Source: Epiperipatus broadwayi (lineage: Eukaryota > Animalia > Onychophora). Taken from it: a stretch of 64,000 nt of DNA. Position 1 is the first letter of the stretch. Each line of letters opens with the position of its first letter. Shown here piece by piece: positions 52,301 to 63,419 of this stretch. The notes below the pieces were generated by a model. It was not told the origin of the DNA. It made no database searches and saw only the letters and a program-made list of their open reading frames with translations. The translations under genes were made by a program, and so were the position numbers. The DNA is taken from NCBI GenBank assembly GCA_028023455.1, contig JAQFVV010000006.1, forward strand, positions 1,488,001 to 1,552,000. Direction: 5' to 3'.

Positions 52301-55300
52301 AAGAATAAATTAGGTGGTTAGAAATTACAAATTGGAGACATATTACCTAATTTACTATGAGTCCAAGTGGAAGTTGGAATCCCACGATGAAAACTGAATT
52401 TCCACACAGGCATAGCTAGCTATGAATTGAATAAAAGAGTTCAACAGTTTATTTTGATGGATTTTCTCCGGCATGAGACATTGGACGATCATCTTTGGGA
52501 CAGTTGGAGATGGGCAAGTTAAAACCGGCATAGGTTCGTCAGGCAATCGCTGACAAAAACTGTCATTGGCTGGCTTCTATTGTTCTCTCTGGCTATTTGT
52601 ACCTTTTTTTAACTGTTCTTGGGAAATTCCCTTTTTCGTATGTTCCAGGCTAAGTGGCTATGTTGGAATACCTAAAGTATATTGGTATTGTATTCTTGAG
52701 ATCAACTTTCCGATAAACCCAGTGATTTAATTGTTTCAAATCTCTTTTTAATTAAGTGTAGATTTGCACAATTTATATTTCAAATTATCTTTTCTAATTT
52801 AATTGAACTTTAACTTGAAAATCCATTACCATTTTGTTAATGGATTTTCTTTTGTTTGAACGCTATGGAATGTTAGTAGGGTTTATCGTGAAAGCAAATC
52901 TCCAGAATAAAATACTTAAAAAAAAATATATTAAAAATTTATATATTGATTTTTATAAAAGTTTCCATCTGTAATTCTATATATATGTATTTGTGTATAT
53001 ATCTATCTATCTGGGCCCCTCTAATATTTATAATAAAACATTTTAATAGAAAATTTATATTTTAATAAATCATTTACTGGCCTAAAATTTAATTGTAGAT
53101 AAAAATGGCAGACGGAACGTTTTACAAACATCGTAACATGCGTGGATCAGGTTTGATCCTTGTCTAGTAATCTAGAAAGACGTGAAGCATGGATCTGGCC
53201 TACAGATCCATCTGCTTCAGCATATACTTACCTGTATTGTAATTTAGTTAAGTTACACATTAAGATATTAATAAATGTGTGGCTGAGCATTGTAGTGATA
53301 GACCTGCGAGCTAAGAGTCCTTGACTTGAAGCTCGTACCAGTCACTTCTGCTGGTCAAATATCACGTGATCTCCTGAGCAACTAACTAACAACTTGATTC
53401 ATGAATTATGAAAATTAAAATAGTAAAATTATGAAAAGGAGTCATCAATTGGAAAGTAAGGTAGAAGAGAAGGAAAGAGAGATTGATCACAAAAGGAAAG
53501 GAAGGAGAAAAGAGGACAAGAGGTGGAAAGAAGAGGAGAGAAAGTGGGAGGTATTGTATTTTTAGTAGAAAGTAACAACTGGGGAGTCTGTTTAAAGATT
53601 GTTTTACTGCTGTTATATATATGTATGCATATTTTTTTTTGTTTTCATTAGTGAAATTAAAATAAAATATATTTTTTAAAATTTCTAATATTTGTTTTTC
53701 TTTTTCGGTTAAAACAATGAATTAAAAACTGGTCGTTAGAGATTATCTTAAGAATATGTCAACAAATTAAGCTGAGTAAATAGTAGCGCTGTACCTTAGA
53801 TAAGTTATAGCTGGAGGTTAGAAATTGCTTTAATTATTATTGCTAGAACAAATATTTACCTTTACAATATTTATGTCCTGTGGATGAATAATTTCACTTA
53901 GATTGAATATTATATTTAACATATATGCGTTCTATATGAAAATATTTCAACATTTTAATTTTAATATTTTGTTTGTTTTTATAAATTTTAGAAATAAATA
54001 ATTTTTTTTTAATTAACTTTTTTTTAAATTTTTATTTTATAGTTTTTGCAAGAATTGCAATGTTATTTACCATATTGTCTAAAAATGTTAACCCTTTTGC
54101 GAGTACTGTATATTATTTCATTTCACATCTTTTATATGTGTATATACTACTGTTGAAACGAATGTTTTCTCGGGTAAAAGGTTTAATTTATTGAACCTGG
54201 TTATTCCTGAAAACATGTCTCATAAAATATACTACGGTATATTTACCATTTAAAAAAAGAAAAACTACAAAATTAGAAATTCATAAATTTCCATTTATAC
54301 ATTTTTGTGCCTGTTCACCTTCAAGAGTTCCTACGATATGAATCAGTTTCTCATCATGCATATTCATTGGGCACTCAATCAAGTACTTGCCCCTTTTCAA
54401 ATTATTACATTACTGTCTTTTGCATAAATGAGTTATTTATTATTATCTTAATATGTATACTTTTTAAATGAAATTGTATCATAAGTATATGTATATTAAA
54501 CACCTACATAGATTCATTATTATTAAAGGCTTCCATTATTGATACAAAGGTTTAAATCCAATGTCAATATCAGTGGAAAGATATAAAGGCCATGGAGTAG
54601 ACAAATATTATATTGTGGAAATGGGATGGAGATATGGGGAGAATTTAGAACGGGGAGTGGAAAGAGAAGGTAAAGTGGCTAACAGGTTTCTCTGGGCATA
54701 GTAACTGAAAGATTCCTGACTCCGAATAAAGAGAAGTCACTGTGCATCACAGCATATCAAATAACCTGTCCTTATATCTTTATTTATTCATGTGTGAAAA
54801 ATTTTAATTATAAGAAAGAAAAACTATTGTCGTGTTTTTTTTAAATAATACAGCAATGTAAGAGTTAAGATGAGAGAGACGAAAAAGAATTCCAGAGCTT
54901 TAAAAAAAAAAAAAATACAGCTGTTCATTAGAAAAAAAATTCTCATAAATCTTAAAAAAAGTTTTTAATTTAAATCGTAAGAGATTAAAGGAATAACAAA
55001 AAAGTTCTATAATATTATTAAAAAAAAAATACTTGGTATTATTTAAATGCTTTTTTTGATGGAATTTGGAATAAATGTTTTTATAAAATTATTAATTAAT
55101 TGCTATGGCTTAAAATAGATATTTGTAAATTGGTTTATATTATTTTAACTTATTTTCAATAATGAAAGATAATCGAACGATTTATTTCTCCGAAACTCAT
55201 CAAGTTCGAACAGCGGAAGTCACAACTGGATTGCGATCTACGGATCATGAACTTCAAAGTCCACCCCTCTAACATTGACCGAAATCATGTAGGATAATAA

Positions 55301-56033
55301 ATGAATGCATTATTGTTTGGGAATTTATAAATTGAACACCGGAAGTGACGTTGGGGTACAGTTTATGGAATTTGAGCTCCAGGGTTCACTGAACAGGGTT
55401 TTAGCTCATGAATGACAGCAATTGAATGGTTTACTATTCACTAGTTTGAGCATCATAAGTGATAGCTATGCCATGATCGCTATGATCCACGGATATCAAG
55501 GTCTAGAATATGCCACTCTACGATTGGTTCAAACAGACGGGGTATTCCCAGTAATTATAATGTGTATTAAATCTTTTATTTAACACTTAATACCTTGCAA
55601 AATATATTCACTAAATCTCCAAAATTTTAATGTCTTTTAATATACGAAGTTCCCTGCGTGGATAGCTCAATAGTTGTCAATAAATTCAAGAGCTAAAGAT
55701 TTATGGTTTAAAGTTCAACCTACCAATTTTGATATGTTTCAGATATGATACATTTTTCAAGTTTATTTAAAAAAATTTATCGGTGCTTTCTTTATTGCAG
55801 TGTCATCATGTCTCAACCGTTTGACCTTCCAGAAATTAAGATCATCCTAATAATTTTTATTAGACATTCATTAGACTAGAGATAATCCAATAATGAATAA
55901 TATTTCTCTAGTTTAATTTTCACTACACCACTCTCACGGAAGGTAGGGATATGTTTCTATCTTCTTTTAACCCTTTGTGGAGGAATGTAATTATAAACAT
56001 ATGATTAAAGACATGTGAAAAAGACCTATGATT

Positions 56034-56077
56034 CCCAAGATGCATATTTCATGCTGAACCAGCACTCATCAGTTGAC
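56034..56077 (-). ncRNA. Minimal type-I hammerhead ribozyme motif (family B), complete core
   Basis: UCAA CUGAUGA GUGCUG-GUU-CAGCAU GAAA UAUGCA UC UUGG; AUC triplet, 4-bp stem I. Confidence 0.8.
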
Positions 56078-56465
56078 ACAGACCACAATCTCTTACACAT
56101 ATTTTTATCATTGTTCAGTTGGTTAGTATAAACTGAACAGTCATAAAAATGTGTGTGAAAGACCATGGACTGGGACATCTGATGAGCGCTGGTTCAACAT
56201 GAAATATGCATCTAGGAGATCATGAATTTTTTTCACATGTCTTTGGTCATATGTTTAAGATTACAACCCTCCACCCAATGCTAAAAGTGGATAGAATCCA
56301 GTTCTACTTTGCGTGAGGATGGTGTAAGTGAAAATTACACTAATTATTCATTATTGGACCATCTTCAATCTAATGAATGACTAATAAAAATTTTTAATAT
56401 ACTTTTAGTAAGCGATTTGTGTCAAAGTTGTGAGGGGAGCCCATTTGGCACTTATCACTTAAACT

Positions 56466-56700
56466 GTAATAGTTTTAACAAGGCTGTAAACCTTAGCAAT
56501 GAGCGTCTGAAAAAATCGTCACTAGGGACCTCTGTAGGTCTTTAAAACACATGCTTACGCTATTTTCTTCATAGCGTAAGCATGTGTTTTAAAGACCTAC
56601 AGAGGTCCCTAGTGACGATTTTTTCAGACGCTCATTGCTAAGGTTTACAGCCTTGTTAAAACTATTACTGAAATAATAGTGAGCGTTTAATAAAATTTAT
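56466..56700 (+). mobile_element. Hairpin element: two 98-bp perfect arms, 7-nt loop, 32-nt tail containing AATAAA
   Basis: 56466-56563 is the exact reverse complement of 56571-56668 by eye; inserted into a family B unit with an imperfect ~10-13 bp duplication. Confidence 0.9.
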
Positions 56701-58304
56701 AATTACAATTAAACAGTAGTAATTTGCTATCTATATCTATATACTGAACACTCATAAAGGTATGTGTAAGAGTTTGTGGTCTGGGCCATGAATTGCTGGT
56801 TCAGCATTAAATGTGCATCTCGGGGATCGTAAATCTTTTTCGCTCATCTTTGGTCATACGTTTAAGATTACATTCCTCCACAAGGTGCTCTAAGTGGATA
56901 GAATCCAGTCCCTAACTTGTGTGAGAGTGGTGTGAGTGGAAATTTCTCTGTAGAAGTACTATTTATTAAGATCATCATCTTTTATGCTTGCATTTACAAA
57001 TTTGATAAAAACATTCCCCATCTTGCATGAGAGTGGGGGGATGTGTTATTGTGTTGTCAACATTAGCATGGGGATTACATGCTTGATACCTCCAACCCGC
57101 CTGATGGATGAATGTTATTCATGAAATGAAAGAAAGAAATCTAAATTTCTACATTGGTGGACGATTGCAATATGTTGGAGTTAAGATGAAAAATGCATTA
57201 AAAAAATGAGAGAAAAAATACTCTTATTTTTTATTTTTATTTTGATAATAATATAGGTACATAGGGTCTGAAAATTTTGACAAAACCATATTTTTTTTTT
57301 TTTTTTTATTTTTTGCAGATATGTAAAGACACTTGAATGAACTCCCCCCCCCCCCCACTAAAAGATTCTTGGCAACATTTTTTACGAACTGCAAAGATGA
57401 ATATTGTTAAACATAACATCCGAAGCAGCAACTGGGGCACATCTGTCTGCTACGCCTACGATGGTGACAAGTCAAATCTGAATGTTCCATAGCAGTACAT
57501 CTGGCTTCTACAGCTATAATATTCCAAATCTAGATTAAAAAAACTTGGAAAATGAAAAAATAGTTTGAGATTTCTTTTTTAACTAGTCGATCCATAACTG
57601 AATCAATTAATTATTCATTATTGATCAGTAAATGGATATGCAGATATATTTAGTGAATCAAGCAATGAATACTTATTATCTAAAACTATTTTTTTCTAGT
57701 TTTTTCACTGTTGCAAGGGAATTGTTGGTGAAGGCCTATTAGCCTTCAAATTAGATAGGTATTGTTTCGCCTACCATACCTTTCCAAAGTGTTTATATCA
57801 TTTTTCATACCATATTTATCTGATATATTTAGGGTGACTATATACCTTTGCAATGTATATGATAGTCTTCATAGATCTTATAATAAACACCAATGTTTTG
57901 GATTTATGTATGTAGTTTCATACCTTCAAGAGTATTAGTCTTCAAATGTTTTATCCATCTGCAATTAGATATACACCTAATTCTGGTTTTACGTGATAGA
58001 TTGGTTTCTGAAAATTACGTGTATAAAAAAATACATTGTCCATATGGAAAATTAGAAGATTGATTCCGGACTGAAGAAATCAATGAAAATAATAAAATAA
58101 ATCATACGAAAAATCTTGTTAGAATCTTATCTTTGAATGTTATCAAATTTTATTTCATAAACGTTGCACATAAATAAAAACGAATTATAGCATCATACAT
58201 TTTATTTGAAAAGCAAAAAAAACGTAAAGAATTAATGAATATAAAAATTGGGCAGAATATTATGTAAACCAAAATGCTTTCCTATAGACATTGTTCCTTA
58301 AAAC

Positions 58305-58560
58305 AGACAAAACTCTCCATACATTAGTGCCATTCAGTGGATGCCAGAAGGCTTGTGCATAAAATTTACTATTTACTGCCTACTCATACATAATCCCCAG
58401 ACTAGTTTCTAGCTTGTGGCTTTCATCAGTGAGGAGCTTTGGATGTGAGAGCACTGCACCTAGATCTTAGGATCTAATGCAACCCTCCAGCATCCATCTT
58501 TTATCTCTACTTAACTACAAAACTATGAGTCTGAAGTTGAAAACACAATAATATTTTCAT
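58305..58560 (-). repeat. Family C copy; hammerhead at 58394-58435
   Basis: UCCUCA CUGAUGA AAGC-CACAA-GCUA GAAA CUAG UC UGGGGA. Confidence 0.88.
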
Positions 58561-58699
58561 TGATTATCTGTGTTGTTTACTTTTTATTACAGCAATGAAA
58601 ACTTAATTCGAATAGTATTGCTTTGTTTCAAAAAAAGACAGTTTTCATACAAAGGATTATACTATTAATAATTTTTATTAGAGATTTATTTATTGAATA

Positions 58700-59520
58700 A
58701 TGTTTCTGTAGTGTAATTTTCCCTACACCACTCTCACAAGGTAGGGACTGTTTCTATCCCCTTTAACATCTTGTGAAGAAATGTAATCATAAACATATGA
58801 CCAAAGACGTGAAAAAAGATGTATGATCTCCAAGATACACATTTTGTGCTGGATCAGCACTCACCATTTGGCTCAGATCACAATCTCTTACCCATATCTT
58901 TATCATTGTTGAGCATGTATAGATAGATAATTACTACAGTTTGATTGATAAGCGTCAAACTTACCACCCTCACAACTTTAACACAAACCACATGATGGAA
59001 GTGTATTAATAATTTTTATTAGTCATTCGTTAAACCAGAGATTATCCGCTTAATGAATAATATTTCTAATTTTCCACTACACTCCTAGAACACAAGGTAG
59101 GGACTAGATTCTACCCACTTTTAAAACCGTTTGGAGGGGTATAATCATAAACACTTGATCAAATTGCACTATAGAAATATTCATTAAATAGATAATTTGT
59201 AGTCTAATGAATGTAAAAATTATTAATATACTTTCATCACATGGTTTGTGTCAAAGTTGTGAGGGCAGTAAGTCTGACACTTATCAATTAAACTGAAGTA
59301 ATTAGTTATCTATATATACTAAACAATGCTAAAGATGTGTGTAAAGGATTATAGTCTGGGCCAACTGATTTGGTTTAGCATAGAATGGACATCTTCGGAA
59401 TCATACATCTTTGGTCATATGTATTGATTGCATCCAACCATAAGATGTTAAAAATGGATAGAAACCAATCCTTATGTTGTGTGAGAGTAGTGTAGTGACA
59501 ATTACACTTCAGAAATATTG
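58700..59520. mobile_element. Family B ~820-bp fold-back with internal 356-bp tandem period; hammerheads degenerate
   Basis: aaggtagggact at 58738 and 59094; left end ctgtagtgtaattt is inverse to right end aattacacttcag. Confidence 0.85.
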
Positions 59521-61353
59521 GAGGATTATACTAATATGGATTAGTCTATATTTTGGGGTGTGAGTAAGCATATGAAAAATCATGTGTAATGCATTAGTAA
59601 TGCATTAATATGGATTATTCTCATAGGTTAATTAGAGTATCTTATTTGGTAAAAAGTAGTTTAATGTTAAAGCAAATAGCGAAATTCAGAGTAAAAAAGA
59701 TTGGGAATATATTTATCATCTTTTAAAGCTTCTATTTGTAAAGGGTTAAACAAAAGTGGTATTTGATGGATAGTAAGAAAATTTCAGGAAAGAGAAGTTT
59801 ACCTTTACATTGGTAGCCAAAATGTTATTCTGTTAACAATATCCAGTTTCTGTCTATTTATATGTTTTATCTTGGGAAGAATTAAGTTGAAATGGGAGGA
59901 TTAAAATTTATGAGAGTAAGGATTAAGCATCCTAATTCAGCTTTGTATATTCATGAAGTTGATATGGTCATGAAATATTTTTTTGATTAGGCCAAGACTG
60001 ACTTTGTAGAGGTTAATGAGATCAGAAGAAGATTTAAAGGGATTTTTGATTAATAACTATAGACCTGAAACTATTAAACTGATGAAAATTTTACCTAATT
60101 TAAAAGATAGATGAAGTTAGATTGGAATTGTGGGTAGTTTGTAAAAATTTTACTAATCTCATACAATCCTTTTTTATTTTCACATTTTGCTATATTATTT
60201 CTTATAAATACAATTATACTCCTTACTTTAAATACATTGAAAAACATGATTTATTACATAATGGATGTTTCAACTGCCTTGCAAATTTCTTCAGAATTAT
60301 AATATATTAATAAATAAAAAACTGCAAATTAAATAATGAGCAATATTACAGTAAAAAATTATATAAAAGTAAGATCGTAATTATAGTGATAAAACCTGTG
60401 GGCTTCTCAGTTGTGGTTGAAAATTTTTTAAAATTTATTATAGGATAAAATTCCAACCAAAGTATTTCTTAATGACCAATTCAAGCTAAATATTGAACCT
60501 ACATGTGTTTCGTGTGATAATTATCCAGGAGAAATGCTATAACTCTTTCAAACCTCCCCACACTTCTCATCTCTACACTTATTCGTTTTCTAAGCGTACA
60601 ATCAATCTCGAGAAATTATTTAAAAAATATATAAAATACATGTAGCCCTATAATTCATATGTAATTATTCAATCCCTAAGGACCATGTGGTTTGCATGCT
60701 GCTTCATAATATTTGACAATAAGAAATACAATGTACTCAAAAAAAGTAACGAGGAATGGTTCAACTTGTACTTATACTCTCTCAAATTTTTACCCATGAA
60801 CATCATGACCAAAACTTGGTAATCTATAATCTACCTTAGTTGTGTGCTCTCATAGCTTGAACTTTTATTATTATTAATCCTCTCCTTCAAGATTTCATTC
60901 TTTAAAATAAATATCTAGGCACTTCAATATATGGATATACATCCGTTTGGTTTTGCGGTATTAGACTATGCCACTTTAAATTTGGATCATTTTTCATTTG
61001 AGTTGAACAGCGTATTGTACTATTGATACCATTATAGTTGCAATTCCATATGTTTGCCTATGTAACTTAAATTTATTCTATTGTAAATATATTAATATTT
61101 GTACATAATTAGTCAGTGAAATTTATATAAAAATATTATGGTGACAATTTGAAATTCCAAAAATTATTGTTTATAATTGATGTAATTTATATAATAGCTA
61201 GGGGATATTGGTATGTTCTTTCAGCAGCATTACCTTGTAACAAAGATAAAGTTTGAATTTAATGGTACAGACAAGAGCTCATCTCGTGATATGTATTGAT
61301 TCTGTTTCATATATATTCTGTATATATTTTTATTAAGCTTCATATTTTATTTT

Positions 61354-61990
61354 GTATATGTGCAATTTGTCCATGTTTCTTTGAACACTTTTTAGAGAAA
61401 AAAAAAATCATATATATGTACACACAATCTTCCTTTTCAACTGTCCTGCAGTCTTCCTCAGAGCTATAATATAATGACATAAAATAAATAACTATATAAA
61501 TAATGACATTAAAAATGTAAACAATAAAATTAAAAACAGAGCAAAACAAAATATATACACAATCTTACATTTCGACTGTCCTGCAGTCTTCCTCAGAGCT
61601 ATGATACAATGACAAAATAAATAACTATATAAATAATGACATTAAAAATGTAAACAATAAAATTAAAAACAGAGCAAAACAAAATATATACACAATCTTA
61701 CATTTCGACTGTCCTGCAGTCTTCCTCAGAGCTATGATACAATGACAAAATAAATAACTATATAAATAATACCATTAAAAATGTAAACAATAAAATTAAA
61801 AAACAAAACAAAACAAAAAATATAATATCATAGCTCTGAGGAAGACTGCAGGATAGTTAAAAACGTAAGATTGTGTGTACATATATACAATAATTTTTTT
61901 TTTTTTTGCTAAAAAGCACTCAAAGTAAGATGAACAAAGCGCATTTATATAAAACATTACAGCAAAAGAAACGAAGTGGTGAATTTAGTA
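61354..61990. mobile_element. Family E: three 133-135-bp tandem units with hammerhead motifs plus an inverted copy and tail
   Basis: ctgtcctgcagtcttcctcagagcta at 61441, 61576 and 61709; inverted copy near 61836; candidate 12-bp TSD atattttatttt (61342-61353, 61991-62002, low complexity). Confidence 0.85.
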
Positions 61991-62566
61991 ATATTTTATT
62001 TTAATCTGGTTTTATTTATATATATTATATTTTTAATTTTATCTATATTTTGTCTTGTTTATTCTTTATTTTATTCATTCCATTCTTTTGTCCTATTATT
62101 TATTTATTTATTTCATATTCTTTTATTCATCTTGTTTTTATTGACTGCAGGCCGGACTGTCGAAATATCAATTTATACATAAAAGTTTGCAATTAAGTAT
62201 TTAAAGAGTAGAATTGTTTTTATTTAGTACTGTGTCTGCGTCATTGTCTTTTATTATATCTTTATTTATATGAATTTGAAAAGAATGGGGAAATGTGGAG
62301 ATGTTTATTATATCTATAAAGATATTATATAGGGGTCAGAGAAAGGTGAATAACTCCGTGTGTGTAAATTTAAAAAAATCAGATATATTAATCTTTAACT
62401 GAGGTTTAAAGTTTATATCTGTGCTAGGGATAATCTCTAGTTTCAAAAATGATTAGTAATAACCATTAGTGTATTTATCTGAAATGGATGGCGTCAAAGT
62501 TGTGAGTGGAGGGAGTTTGACAATGGTAAATGAAAATGTAACAATTGGAAAAGCCTATGCACAGAA

Positions 62567-62730
62567 GCAAAACTCCATATAGTAGCGCCACTCAGTGCAA
62601 GACAGAGTAATGAATGGATGCAGGAAGATTTTACTTTGGCTTGCACTGAGTGGCGCTACTGTATGGAGTTTTGCCTCCGTATAAACAGTTTGGGTAATGA
62701 TAAAGAATGGTGATCATGTGATGTTTAATA
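62567..62730. repeat. Short family C fold-back (35-bp arms) with the family's 3' tail
   Basis: Arms 62567-62601 / 62640-62674; tail atggtgatcatgtgatgttt. Confidence 0.8.
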
Positions 62731-63419
62731 GAAAGGTCTATATATATAAATAGATTCATAGTCGATCGTATCTTACGTTATTACTGTTAATATTAATTTT
62801 CCAGTTTTATTTTATTTGTACTTACGAGTTTAGCTTTAGTCAAGATTAAATATTTATATATAAAACATTGAGGTAGTAATATATATTTAACATCACATTG
62901 AAATGTTTTTTACGATGATGTTAAACTTAAAACGATGTTTAACTTCAGAAGGTTTTTTTTCTATCTTTTTTTTTAAAAAAAATATGATTTCAGTAAATGC
63001 TAAAGAAATTTCTTCTCCCTGAGGGGAGGGAAGGATATGCTCTTTCTCTTTGATGAATACCGAAAATAATTTTCTATTTGATTTTGACTAATTATTTAAT
63101 AAATCGTAAAAAGGTTTTTTTTTTTTTTAAAAAATTAGCTTTTAAGATATTATCAGTATTAATATTATATGAATATGAGAAAATTTTATGAAAAAATATA
63201 TCAATTTTTACTTCTTTAAATTTTTTATTACTTTAGTATTTCATTTTTTAGATTTGGTGGTATTCGATTTCAGTGCTCTTTTTAAATTATTTTATGTTTC
63301 GCACGTCTGTGTGTGTGGAGAGAGGAGGGAGAAGATTTTATCATTTATTGCCATTTGGATTTATTAACATATATATATTACTGCTTGAAATTCAGACTAG
63401 GGGAGGAAGAAATAGTATT

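Larger units (their letters stand above)
55849..56960. mobile_element. Family B hammerhead repeat: inverted arm plus tandem ~357-bp monomers, interrupted by a hairpin element
   Basis: 55849-56119 is the inverse of ~56134-56400; gtggataga recurs at 56287 and 56894 (607 bp, minus a 250-bp insert = 357 bp). Confidence 0.85.

Noticed and set aside
52355-52560. GC-richer 63-aa minus-strand ORF
   Set aside because: No recognisable motif or convincing splice context; may be an exon but cannot be supported.
53224-53234. ATACTTACCTG, the 5' end of U1 snRNA
   Set aside because: Nothing downstream resembles U1; it is equally a consensus splice donor (CAG|GTAAGTAT) on the minus strand, with no supportable coding exon.
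59640-60100. Possible Penelope or group II intron RT remnant (YIHEVD)
   Set aside because: No YxDD or other RT motifs in register, so it cannot be claimed as the mobilising enzyme.
61441-61810. CRISPR-like regular repeats
   Set aside because: The whole unit repeats, including the would-be spacers; eukaryotic context and no cas genes.
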